64,000 nucleotides of DNA, taken from positions 41,912,001 to 41,976,000 of the forward strand of contig OX597837.1 in NCBI GenBank assembly GCA_951406725.2. The letters run 5' to 3'. Origin of the DNA: Octopus vulgaris. Its lineage: Eukaryota. Within the stretch, counting starts at the first letter, position 1, and every line of letters begins with the position of its first letter. Under the pieces are notes generated by a model. That model was given only the letters and a program-made list of their open reading frames with translations. It did no database searches and had not been told where the DNA came from. This document shows, one piece after another, positions 28,593 through 42,126 of the stretch. Both the position numbers and the translations under genes were made by a program.

Positions 28593-29151
28593 AAGGTAGG
28601 AAGAGGGACAATGGAAATTGGTTCCAGCAAGAATGGAACTCAGGAGGAATAAAGACAATCTTGGTTTATTTTATAGAAAAACCGTAGGAATAATGACAAT
28701 CTCATTTCAGAGTTGGTTTTCAAAGGAATTGAAACAAACAAGGAAGTGTGAGGATGTTCATGCCTTTCCTAAAACATGTAGAATGTTAGAATGTGTTATT
28801 CCCATGACTGAAAGTTGACCAAAATAGTTTTATACCTTAACCCTTTCGTTACCCTATTTATTTTGAGTCGGCATATAAGCATCCTAGTAGTAAAGGTGTT
28901 GTACTCAAGATTGCAAGATCATGGTTTCAATTTCCAGACATGGCAGTGCATTGAGTTCTTGAGCAAAACACTTCATTTCACATTGATTTAGTTCATTCAG
29001 CTATAAATAACGAAATGACCTCATTTTCATAGCATCATTTTGATGGCTGAAAAACTGAAGAGATGGTGGTGTGGGTTTCCACTCTGACATCTGAAACTCG
29101 GAGTTTTATCATGGCTACCAAATAATTGTCACATATTACATTTACAGATAT

Positions 29152-29321
29152 ATCATCATCATCATCATCGTTTAACGTCCGTTCTCCATGCTAGCATGGG
29201 TTGGACGGTTCAACCAGGGATCTGGGAAGCCAGAAGGCTGCACCATGCTCCGGTCTTATCTGGCAATGTTTCTACAGCTGGATGCCCTTCCTAATGCCAA
29301 CCACTCCGTGAGTGTAGTGGG

Positions 29322-29325
<4 letters not shown>
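29152..29325 (-). mobile_element. Family C 3' fragment
   Basis: RTE-like tail only. Confidence 0.7.
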
Positions 29326-29368
<43 letters not shown>

Positions 29369-30423
29369 AGTTAAGATCTTAGGATCTAAGTGTAGGAAAT
29401 TTGTAAGCTTCAAGCAGTCTGTGGCAGGTATAGAAGAAAAAAGTGGACTGTATGAAACATATGTAGCCTCATTCCCTCATTTTGGATATGTGTGTATATA
29501 TGTATATATATGTTCACTTGTAGGAAACAAAAACTTCAGCAGGAAAACCCAGTAAGGATCAGAAATTAAATGGATTTCGAAATAAGAAAGCAAAAGAAGT
29601 GAAGTAAATTGCAATAAAAAAAATAAAAAAAAGAAGGAATCTCAATTGTGGTAAAATACTTGAGATTTGATTAACAATGACTTAGAAATGGAACACAAAA
29701 AATAAATAAATATTTAAAATAAAACGGAGAAAAACAAAAAAAAAAGGAAAGAAAGAAAGAAAGAAAATGGAATTCCAACTGACAAACTTCGGTTAGTTCC
29801 TTTGAGAAAACAAGTTTGACAGCGGAAACAGACTGATAAGAAATGACAGCTAATCAGTAAGACCTGATGGGCTGTTATTGTACGGCAGCAGCAGCAGTAG
29901 CAGCGGCAGCAGCACCCATGAACTTGGGATGGTTTAGAATGAAGAGACAGACAACAATTTGGCAGCCAGCAAAATACAGGCAAGAATTGTTTGGAAGGGA
30001 AAGGAAAACGGTAAAGTGTAGAAGGAGGCGAGCAGGTATTGATCACCGTTATTTACAGCGGCATCGAAATAGATGATACGTAGCCTAATGCAAGTTGAAA
30101 TAACAGAAGAGGATTGGTCATTTCAATATTATGCAATGCATTGTTCACAGTAGAAAATGAAGATATTTTTAAAACATCCAAAAAAAAGGAGCCTTAAAAA
30201 ATGCACCCACCCCCAACCAAAAATATAGCAAAAAAAAAAAACCCCAACAAAACTGAATAACTAGGAGAAAAGAGAGAAAGGAAGAAAAAAAAGGAAAATA
30301 TTGCTTCAAGAAGAATGAAGTAAAAATTGGGAAAAAAAAAAAGCTAAAATGAAACTAAAATTATACTGGCTTAAGAGGAATCTTCTACTGATCAATATTA
30401 AGAGTTTAAAAAAATTAAACAGT

Positions 30424-30458
<35 letters not shown>

Positions 30459-30485
30459 TATATACATTTAGATATATATATATAT

Positions 30486-30567
<82 letters not shown>

Positions 30568-31640
30568 CATATAGATACATTTAGATATATATATATATAT
30601 ATATAAACATATATACATTTAGATATATATATATATATATATGTATGTATATATATATATATATATATAACATATATAGATATGTTTATATATATATGTA
30701 TTCATATATGTAATATATTATATGTATGTGTGTGCGCGTGTATATATATACACACATATATATATATCTATGTAAATCTAGCTAAAAGAAATAAAGGAAT
30801 GAAAAAAAAAAATGCAAATATATCATATAAGACATTTGTCTTGGTATAAGTAATTATTTTTATAATTTAAAATATAGATCAGATAATACAATGAGTTCCA
30901 TCCCGGTGTTAAAACTATTTCCATTCTGTTGTGGCAAGTATCAAGGAGAGAGATTTTTACTGAAGCTTACTCGAGGCAGAGTTAGATCAACTGGTTGATA
31001 TCTTCTTTTTATGGAAGCTACTGAAATGCAATTTTATTAAGAATAAAAATATTTTGCCAGAAATCATTCAATCTATTATATTTTTCTTATCTAGTTTTAT
31101 ATGGAAAAAATAAAAATTTTTTTTTCCCCCCATCAAAATTCATTGAAATTACTTTACAAAATTCACTTATGTGAGTCACATGCAAAACACGAATATACAT
31201 ATATTTATGACGCAGAATTACATATGCATGTATAGTTTATTGCATATAAGCACAAAAGCCAGAGATTATAGAGAAGAAGAGAGATGGTTGGGAAATTGTA
31301 GCTTTTACATTCATTGCGAAATAAGGATTGCTCAAGTGGATGAAACGAGGTTGTAGATTATGGTTCAAGGAGAATTGCTATAACAGCGCCATCTGCTGTT
31401 GATAATTCAAATGGATCTCCATTGAAATATTGGATATTGAAACGTGACTATTCAGTTACGTAGTGGAAAAGGAGATCAACTGCTAGTGGGTCTCGAAGTC
31501 ATGTTTGATACTGGCATACAAGGACATCCTTAGTGAATTTAAAGTTGAATTTTCATACACTCACCCACACAAACATTTATTATTATTTAAAAGAGTTTGA
31601 TTCGCCTCCATGCAGCTTACAGTTTCACAGGCTTCCTACA

Positions 31641-32067
31641 TCATCATCATTGTTCAACCGTGGTCGAGACAATGGAATTTACCATGCTACGCCAGACTTC
31701 ACGGTCCATCATAGCATTACGGAGGTCCTGTTGCTGGATGCCTGTGTCCCTGGAGATTACATCAGGGTAGGAGAGTGTGCGCCCTCTGGTATCGTGAGCA
31801 GATGGCTTCCAGAGGGGAAGAGTAGAAATTGCCTCGTTTTCAGCTCTACAGCAATGTCCAGCAAACTGGACTCTTCTACCTTTCACAAGAGATGATACAG
31901 GTGGTAGTTTCCCATATATTTGCACTTTGGTTGGATGACGCTTCCACGAGAGATTTTGAGCTCTCATAAGGAGGCGAGTGTAGGTTCCATCCAACTGCCT
32001 CTCAAGCTTCTTTGATAACGTCCAGGTTTCTGAGCCATATAGTAGAATTGGTAGAAAAAGGGAAAAA
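31641..32067 (-). mobile_element. 5'-truncated RTE-like LINE, C-terminal ORF fragment
   Basis: PILLYGSETWTLSKKLERQLDGTYTRLLMRAQNLSWKRHPT...RRVQFAGHCCRA...DREVWRSMV, typical of the region after the RT domain in RTE-like LINEs. (TGA)n tail; 12-bp TSD AGGCTTCCTACA at 31629-31640 and 32068-32079. Confidence 0.9.
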
Positions 32068-32283
32068 AGGCTTCCTACAGAAGCCTAGCCCACTCAAAGT
32101 CAAAACTACTGATTCACTTATTGGAAGAAGGGCTCAAACATTAGATATAGGATAGCTAAGCCCTTATGCTCCTGTTTACACAATAGCAATTTATCAAATT
32201 TAGGAGTACTTTCCTGTTATCGACACCCAATTTTATTTTATTACAAAAGGATCACTAAATAAACTATTAAACTGTTGTATATA

Positions 32284-32335
<52 letters not shown>

Positions 32336-32787
32336 CTATGTGTCTTTGTGTCTGTGTTTGTCCACCCACCATTGCTTGACAACTGGTGTTGGTGTGTTTA
32401 AATCCCTGTAACCTAGCAGTACAGCAAAAGAAACCAATAGAGAGTTTAAGAAATAATCCCTGGGGTCGATTTGTTCAACTAAAACCCTTCAATGGTGGTG
32501 CTCCAGCATGGCTGCAGTCAAATGACTGGAAAGAATAAAAGAAAATTAATAAGTACCAAATCTGGTTTGAGAAAAGTAACCTTGATTGAAATAATAGAAG
32601 ACCCATGCCAGCAAGGAAAACAGACGTTAAACGATGATGATGATGATGATGAAGGTACCATAGATTATTGATTTTGGCTAAGCACAAAGTCAAAACAATG
32701 TCAATTCAATTAGGTCAGAATTTACCAATATTTACTTTGGAGTGAATTTAAAGATTAAGTAAACTAACAAAAGGGATACTGAATTTA

Positions 32788-33170
32788 GCATGGCCGTGTG
32801 GTAAGAAGTTTGCTTCCCAACCACATGGTTCTGGGTTCAGTCCCACTGTGTGACGCCTTGGGCAAGTGTCTTCAACTATAGCCTCGAGCTGGCCAAAGCT
32901 TTGTGAGTGGGTTTGTTAGATGGAAACTTGAAAGAAGCCCATCATGTGTGTGTGTGTGTGTGTCGTGTGTGTGTATGTGTCTTTGTTTGTCCCCCACCAC
33001 TGCTTGACAACTGGTGTTGGTGTATTTATGTCCTTGTAACTTAGCAGTTTGGCAAAAGAGACTGACAGAATAAGTACCGTGCTTAAAAAAAAAGCAAAAA
33101 CAAGTACGGGGTATGATTTGTTCAACTAAAATTCTTTAAGGTGGTGCCCCAGCATGGCCACAGTCTAAAA
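32788..33170 (+). mobile_element. Older family A SINE
   Basis: A and B boxes, core and body, diverged. Confidence 0.75.
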
Positions 33171-33850
33171 ACGATAAAAAGACAGAGGAAAACTAAACAC
33201 CAAGAGGTATTTTGTTGTTGTTGTTGTTGCCAACCAGCTTAGTACCAACCGTCACATTGTGTATCCACGGTACAAGTTGACACACGTGAAAATACTTAAA
33301 TGTTGCTGTGAAGACATTTTCGCTTAAGATGAAGAGAAAGAATGTGTTGAGAGTCAATCGTTTTATCTGTGACCTGAAATTTCATTTCCCTCTCTTTATC
33401 TTTGCTAAGATTTTCTTTTGTAGTAGGACTAAATATATTTGCTCACATACAATTTTATCATTCATATTTTGACTTATAATATTAAGAAAGCATGTGCTTA
33501 AAGCAATCATCATCTGTGATATGCTACCCACTGCTTCATTCTCTCTCTCTTTCTCTCATTCATTCTTTCTTCCTTTCTTTCTTTCTTTCATTGCTCAAAT
33601 TTTCCATTGCAGTCGGGCTAAATAAATTTACTTACATTCACTTTTATCTTTCATGTGCTGCGTGGCATTTTCAATAGTTCATCATCGTAACCTAATGTAT
33701 TTTAACTCAGATTCTGGGTCCTTACCTTTAAACTTACGGAGCAAAGAACTAAGCCGTCGAACAAAAACCTTTATTCAATAACACAGAAAACAACTTAAAA
33801 GACTTGACTTGCATCTTACAAATTCAATCAGGCAACGAACATTTCCAAAA

Positions 33851-34600
33851 TACAAGGTGCGTTCAAAAAGCATTCGACTTTATTTTTTCCTGACAAAACT
33901 AATGCTGCATCGACAAAATTCTTTGAGTGGATGGTGATACCACCCTTCTTGTGCATGTGTGAAAATTCTTGCACAAGTAGGCCATGTCAGTTCTTAGTTG
34001 TTATGCCTAGAGCACAGACGTGGAGGCGCAATGGCCCAGTGGTTAGGGCAGCGGACTCGCGGTCGTAGGATCACGGTTTCGATTCCCAGACCAGGCGTTG
34101 TGAGTGTTTATTGAGCGAAAACACCTAAAGCTCCACGAGGCTCCGGCAGGGAATGGTGGTGATCCCTGCTGTACTCTTTCACCACAACTTTCTCTCACTC
34201 TTACTTCCTGTTTCTGTTGTACCTGTATTTCAAAGGGCCGGCCTTGTCACTCTCTGTGTCACGCTGAATATCCCCGAGAACTACGTTAAGGGTACACGTG
34301 TCTGTGGAGTGCTCAGCCACTTGCACGTTAATTTCACGAGCAGGCTGTTCCGTTGATCGGATCAACCGGAACCCTCGTCGTCGTAACCGACGGAGTGCTT
34401 CCTTCCCTAGAGCACAGACATGTAGTGCTCATTCGTCAGATTTTCGTTTCCACACAAGATAACCAAACACATGGAGCAGAGACCACAAGCCCATGTTTCG
34501 ACACCAATGTCAATCGTTTATGTAAAGTCTGAGTTGTGGTTTGCACAGTCCAGTATGTCCTGAGTGATTCCCATGCAGGGTCACTTTTGCTGCTTCTCCA
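33851..34600 (+). mobile_element. Decayed mariner-like element (left end), interrupted by a SINE
   Basis: TA|CAAGGTGCGTTCAAAAAGCATTCGAC resembles a mariner TIR; ATGGAGCAGAGA near 34470. Right boundary uncertain. Confidence 0.4.
34020..34405 (+). mobile_element. Full-length tRNA-derived SINE (family D), single copy here
   Basis: A box TGGCCCAGTGGTTAG, B box GGTTTCGATTCCC. Perfect 14-bp TSD CCTAGAGCACAGAC at 34006-34019 and 34406-34419. CpGs retained. Confidence 0.9.
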
Positions 34601-34619
34601 ATACCTTGAGAATAAATTT

Positions 34620-34800
34620 AGGCACGTAAAAAGCACCCACTACACTCTCTGAGTGGTTGGCGTTAGGAAGGGCATCCAGCTGCAGAAATTCTGCCAAATC
34701 AAGATTGGAGCCTGGTGCAGCCATCTGGTTCACCAGCCCTGAGTCAAAATCGTCCAACCCATGCTAGCATGGAAAGCAGACGTTAAACGATGATGACAAT
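34620..34800 (+). mobile_element. Family C 3' fragment
   Basis: GGCACGTAAAAAGCACCCACTACAC through to the (GAT)n tail. Confidence 0.75.
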
Positions 34801-35194
34801 GATTAAAATTTCCATTAAAATGAAATTCACTGATCCCTTGCTTTCCCATTTCGTGAGCAATTTCCTAGATTGTTACTTGACGGTCTCCCACTGAACACTC
34901 ACAATGTTTGCAGGAAATGCTGTGATCCCAGACCATGGAAACTATCCATACCTACGAGTCCAAAGTTTTGAGACAATACTTATTTAGTAGATACGAGCAA
35001 AACGCCCTCTGTCCAATGGACGGTGCTGAGTTGTCAAACATTTAAAGCAAATTTTCTCAAAACAACTTGTCCGACCTTCCCATAGACCTCCCCTTTGAGA
35101 AACACTGATTTAACCTAAATTTAAGACACCAGCAAAAGAAGAAATAAAAATAGACTTTTTTCTATTATAAAGAAAAATGATTTTATTCACTTTA

Positions 35195-35360
35195 TCGATC
35201 GCATTCTCACCTGGAATCGATTTTTGTAAATTTTTCAAGACTTATAAAGGCCTGATACCGTCAGTATCTACATATCAAATTTGAATGCAATTGGATGGAG
35301 GATGCCCGAGATCCTAGAAGACACACACACAGACAGACAGAACGGATTTTATATAACAGA
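35195..35360 (-). mobile_element. Helitron-like 5' fragment
   Basis: A|TCTGTTATATAAAA...CTGTCTGTCTGTGTG start; no 3' CTAG end found. Confidence 0.5.
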
Positions 35361-35997
35361 TATGGGCTAAAGAGATTCCAGTTGTGAATGGATCACAAAT
35401 ATATTTGGTCACCTCTTGGTCAGCTGAACAAATGCAACTTATTTCAAATAGCAAGCAAGGCACCATTACAGACAGAGCTCATCAAATAATTTCAAAATTT
35501 TATAGTAAATTGGCATTTACTAGGATTTCTACATAAGAGCCATTAATTCCTTTGAGTTTAGTTTTATACAGTGTAAAGACAACAGTCGATGATTAAAAGT
35601 ATATGAAACCTCAGGTGCTGTTAGCATTGCACTGAGTTCCTCGGGTCATTTCACCTGTGACTTTTAGTAAATTAAATTGAAGTATGAAGAACCCAAGGTG
35701 AAAGCCAATTTAAATCAAAGCTTTAATTTACTAAAAGTTCCATTGATGTCTACTGGCAGAACCGTAGTGAGATTGTCATTTACAAGAGCATCGATTTACA
35801 GGTAGTAATTGCAGAATGCCAAGAAGTGATTCAATAACCAAGTTCTGTTCTTCTAACGGTAGATCGTTATTTAAACAAAATTATTACATTCACATCAGAA
35901 ATGCTTATCATCATAGGTTTGCTTCATCAAAGCTGATCTGGAGCTGCACAATATCTACAAAGAATGTGCACACACACACACATACAGACAGACAGAA

Positions 35998-36031
<34 letters not shown>

Positions 36032-36169
36032 GCACAGGTATGGTTTTACAGTTAAAAAAGGGGTATGCAGTGAGATTGAACTTGGAATCATGTGACAGGG
36101 AAGCCAAATTCTTCCCACACAGCAACACCCAATGATGATGATGATGATATATAACTCATCATAAACATA

Positions 36170-36592
36170 GGCGCAGGAGTGGCTGTGTGGTAAGTAGCTT
36201 GCTTACCAACCACATGGTTCCGGGTTCAGTCCCACTGCATGGCACCAAGGGCAAGTATCTTCTACTATAGCCTTGGGCTGACCAAAGCCTTGTGAGCGGA
36301 TTTGGTAGACGGAAACTGAAAGAAGCCCATCGTATATATGTATATGTATATATATGTGTGTGTGTTTGTGTGTCTGTGTTTGTCCCCACAACATCACTTG
36401 ACAACCAATGCTGGTGTGCTTATGTCCCCGCAACTTAGCGGTTCGGCAAAAGAGACCGATAGAATAAGCACTAGGCTTACAAAGAATAAGTCCGGGAAAG
36501 GGGGGGGGGTCAATTTGCTCGACTAAAGGTGGTGCTCCAGCATGGCCGCAGTCAAATGACAGAAACAAGTGAAAAGAGAAAGAGTAAAGAGT
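36170..36592 (+). mobile_element. Family A SINE, full length
   Basis: Head to tail intact. Confidence 0.85.
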
Positions 36593-36720
36593 ATACGTAA
36601 GAATGTATTCAGTCCAATCACTGAGACAGGTAAAAGAATAAAATCAGGAAAGACATACCTTAGAAGGTGTGTCAAAACCAAAGGCACAACCACTTCCTCC
36701 TCCTCACACACACACACGCA

Positions 36721-36755
<35 letters not shown>

Positions 36756-36955
36756 ATAGATTTGGTATCCAACACATCATTTTCCGAAGCCAGTAATACT
36801 AATCAGCCGCTCTCAGATATTTCTCCAGCTAAAAATCCAAACATTTCAATCTACCACAAATTGCACAAGAGGGAAAATATTGATTTTGATTAAAGTTTAT
36901 AGATTCCATATTACAGCTTTTGTCTCACCCACTTCATTTCTTTTGTTGCTATTGT

Positions 36956-36956
36956 T

Positions 36957-36988
<32 letters not shown>

Positions 36989-37179
36989 CATACATACATA
37001 TACATACATACATATACATACATACATATATATATATATATACATACATATATATATATATACATACATAGATACATATATATACATACATACATATATA
37101 TACATACATACATATATATATACATACATATATATACATATACATACATATATATACATACATACATACATATACATAC

Positions 37180-37218
<39 letters not shown>

Positions 37219-37453
37219 CATATATATACATACATACATATATATACATACATACATACATATATATACATACATACATATATATATACATACATATATA
37301 TATACATACATATATATATATACATACATATATATATATATATATACATACATACATACATACATACATATACATATATATATATATATACATACATACA
37401 TACATACACATACATATATATATACATACATACATATATATACATACATACAT

Positions 37454-37496
<43 letters not shown>

Positions 37497-37590
37497 CAGC
37501 ATATATATATATATATAGTATATTTGATTTAATATATATATACATATATATATATTGTATATTTTATATATATATATATATGTGTGTGTG
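36956..37590. repeat. (TACA/TA)n microsatellite, ~630 bp
   Basis: Direct reading. Confidence 0.95.
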
Positions 37591-37732
37591 TCCCTGTTAC
37601 AGTTGCTTATTTAATATCTTTTAATTTCATAATCCTCTTTCGTATTCAAACTAATTGTTTTATTCACCAGTTCTTTTTGTTTTTTTTTTTGCTTTTTTAG
37701 GGGGAGGATATACACATAGCTGATGTTTACTC

Positions 37733-37770
<38 letters not shown>

Positions 37771-38140
37771 TAATAATAATAACAATAATGATAATAATCG
37801 TTGTTATTATTTAATTACTTTAAATCAAATTTTGCAAACAATAGCATCGTTAGTTACAAGTTCCTAATGACCTAATCACTGCTTCGTTGCATTTGTAATG
37901 TTCAGCCTGGGCAGAAACATATGCACGCCGCAAGGGACGCTGTTTGAAAGCGCTGATTTATTGATGTTCTTACCGATACTTACATCTTTAGCTAATGCAC
38001 ATTGCTGAATCAACAGTCTCCCCTCACGACCACCACCACCAACACACACACACACATACACACAGACACGAGTACGTTCATAATAGTTAGAATCTATGTT
38101 TTCAATTTATATTTTTATTAAATATTGTAAATAAATAAAC

Positions 38141-38998
38141 AGGTGTGGCTGTGTGGTAAGTAGCTTGCTTACCAACCACATGGTTCCGGGTTCAGTCCCA
38201 CTGCGTGGCATCTTGGGCAAGTGTCTTCTACTATAGCCTTGGGCCGACCAAAGCCTTGTGAGTGGATTTGGTAGACGGAAACTGAAAGAAGCCCATCGTA
38301 TATATCATCATCATCATCATCGTTTAGCGTCCGCTTTCCATGCTAGCATGGGTTGGACGGTTCTACTGGGGTCTGTGAAGCCAGAAGGTTTCATCAGGCC
38401 CAGTCAAATCTGGCAGTGTTTCTACGGCTGGATGCCCTTCCTAACACCAACCACTCCGAGAGTGTAGTGGGTGCTTTTTACGTGCCACCCGCACAGGTGC
38501 CAGACAGAGCTGGCAAACGGCCACGAACGGATGGTGCTTTTTATGTGCCACCGGCACGAGGGCCAGGCGAGGCTGGCAATGGACACGAAACGGGGCGGTG
38601 CTGGCAACGGTCGCGAAACGGAAGGTTCTCTTACATGCCACCGGCACTGGTAACACATCTGCAATTTCCATTGATCGATTTCCATTGATCGATTTTGATT
38701 CTGATCCTCATTTGCCTCAACGGGTCTTCACAAGTAGAGTTTCGACATGCGTATATGTATATATATATATATGTGTGTGTGCGAGTTTGTGTGTCTGTGT
38801 TTGTCCCCCCACAACATCGCTTGACAACCGATGCTGGTGTGTTTACGTCCCTGTAACTTAGCAGTTCGGCAAAAAGAGACCGATAGAATAAGTACCGGGC
38901 TTACAAAGAATAAGTCCCGGGGTCGATTTGCTCAACTAAATGCGGTGCTCCAGCATGGCCGCAGTCAAATGACTGAAACAAGTAAAAGAGAAAAGAGA
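38141..38998 (+). mobile_element. Family A SINE split by an antisense family C element (38304-38745)
   Basis: The 5' half ends at the internal TA tract, and the 3' half resumes at ~38750. Confidence 0.85.
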
Positions 38999-39546
38999 GA
39001 TACAGAAACTCACATGTATATACACACACACATTAACGTCATAACAATATATAGACAGGCCTTGATGATAGAGCGCTGCTTAGTACCGAATAACCATTGA
39101 AGCACCAACACGACCCTTAGTCTAGAACTTTACACATGGGAAGGCATGGTGCTGTTGTTATTGTGCAAGCGAATGCAGTTGGAATGGAGACAGCAGTCCT
39201 TCTGCGAATTCGTAATTTGTGAATAGGAATCTTATCCAGCAGGAAATTTGTCTCACATCAACCTAATTCAATAGCTATTGGAATATCGGAGACAAGTAGC
39301 GTCTCGTCAAAAGATTCCACTCATTTGACTGAACGATGAAAGAAGCATACGCTACGTTTAAAAATTGTGTAATTTCTTGTGCCGTATCGCTTTCATGACA
39401 ATTAGAAAGCGACCAGATAGGAAGACGGAAAGCTGTCAAATGCGTGTAGCTTTATAATACATCATACTACAGTGGTAGCATGACTTTTGTGTGTCATTGT
39501 AGCAGGTTGGTGCAGCGATATTGTGATATAGCACAGTGATATATTC

Positions 39547-40190
<644 letters not shown>

Positions 40191-40585
40191 CATCATTGTA
40201 ATTCATGTAGTTAAATAATAGAATTGTATCTTATACAGTTACATTAATACTCATGTAGATGGAAAACTAAAAAAAAAAAAGCTTGTTTTATGTGTGTGTG
40301 TGTGTGTGTGTGCGTGCGTGCATGCATGCGTGTGTGTGTGACTCTGCACATGTGAGTGTGTGTATGTCTGCGTCTTCCTTGTCTTGACGTTGCCTAATTG
40401 CTGCCAGCGAATGTCATTCTTCTCCAATATTCTGCGGAAACTTGCCTGGCCATGGAGAAATATTTCCTTGCTTGTTAACAGACAAGGGTTGAATGCTTCT
40501 CTATTTCTTTTGTTTGTCCAGAAAAAGAAATAAAGAAGCATTCAATACATTTTACAGGAGTTACATATACTCTCTTTCTCTTGTT

Positions 40586-40792
40586 TACTCTCTTTTACTT
40601 GTTTCAGTCATTTGACTGTGGCCATGCTGGAGCACTGCCTTCTAGTCGAGCAAATCGACCCCAGGACTTATTCTTTGTAAGCCTAGTACTTATTCTATCG
40701 GTCTCTTTTGCCGAACAGCTAAGTAACGGGGACATAAACACACCAGCATCGGTTGTCAAGCAATGCTAGGGGGGGCAAACACAGACATACAA

Positions 40793-40825
<33 letters not shown>

Positions 40826-41104
40826 CATATATACGATGGGCTTCTTCCAGTTTCCGTCTACCAAATCCACTCACAAGGCATTGGTCGGCCCGAGGCTAAT
40901 TGTAGAAGACACTTGCCCAAGGTGCCACGCAGTGGGACTGAACCCGGAACCATGTGGTTGGTAAGCAAGCTACTTACCAATCACATGGTTCCTGGTTCAG
41001 TCGCACTGCGTGGCACCTTGGGCAAGTGTCTTCTATTATAGCCTCGGACCGATCAAAGCCTTGTGAGTGGATTTTGTAGATGGAAACTGAAAAGAAGCCT
41101 GTCG

Positions 41105-41138
<34 letters not shown>

Positions 41139-41380
41139 GTATGTGTGTGTATATGTTTGTGTGTCTGTGTTTGTCCCTCCAACATTGCTTGACAACCAAT
41201 GCTGGTGTGTTTATGCCCCCATCCCGTAACTTAGCGGTTCGGCAAAAGAGACCAATAGAATAAGTACTAGGCTTACAAAGAATAAGTCCTAGGGTTGATT
41301 TGCTCGACTAAAAGGCGGTGCTCCAGCATGGCCACAGTCAAAATGACTGAAACAAGTGAAAGAGTAAAAGAGTAAAAGAG
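40586..41380. mobile_element. Two family A SINEs fused head-to-head (palindrome)
   Basis: Minus copy 40586-40972 and plus copy 40973-41380, joined at GGTAAG-CAAGCTA-CTTACC. Confidence 0.9.
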
Positions 41381-41899
41381 ATGACGATGACGATTATGAT
41401 GAATCGGAAACCAAGATCCGCTCCTTCTTTGGGGAAATTCCTGGATCAAAGTCTTGAACTAAAAGCTTGTCACAAACTTTCCTCAGCATAAGCTGCCGAT
41501 ACCAAGAGAATAAATGTCTCATTTATCACCGTTCGTAGTCAAACCTCGATAGCTTGCAACTGTTAGACATCAGACATAAATTGCACCAGAAATTGATTAA
41601 TTCTAATTTATCAGAAAAAGGAAATACTGACAACAGAAGAATTGCTGAAGCATCATAAATCAGTGTTGCAGAGAGAATTGAGAAGAAGCAAGCGAGAAGG
41701 ACACAGGCATGGTCAAGTGGTCTAGCAGATATTCAATTGGCATTTGATGAAAGGGATTCATAAGCAACATGCTGCTGCTTGCCAAAAACGGATATTTGGT
41801 CCTCACCAATCATCTGTTGCTCCTCCCCTCATCTAAACATGCATCCATTTCGATCAAGGTCTTCTGAAGGAATTTCGTAGACAGAAACTGAAAGAAACC

Positions 41900-42126
41900 T
41901 ATTACTTTACTAACCACAAGGGGCTAAACACAGAGAGGACAAACAAGACAGACAAACGGATTAAGTCGATTATATCGACCCCAGTGCGTAACTGGTATTT
42001 ATTTAATCAACCCCGAAAGGATGAAAGGCAAAGTCAACCTTGGCGGAATTTGAACCCAGAACGTAGCGACAGACGAAATACCGCTAAGCATTTCGCCCAA
42101 CGTGCTAACGATTCTGCCAGCTCGCC
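41900..42126 (-). mobile_element. Family B SINE nested in a family A remnant
   Basis: Full head to tail; family A sequence at 41875-41898 and 42130-42340. Confidence 0.8.

Noticed and set aside
30971-31020. 50-nt AG/GT-bounded segment (minus) as a FUT8 exon
   Set aside because: It has a stop in the required frame and no FUT8 similarity. A poison exon cannot be excluded without RNA data.
34020-34095. tRNA gene
   Set aside because: It is the head of a TSD-flanked SINE; the same applies to the other A/B-box heads.
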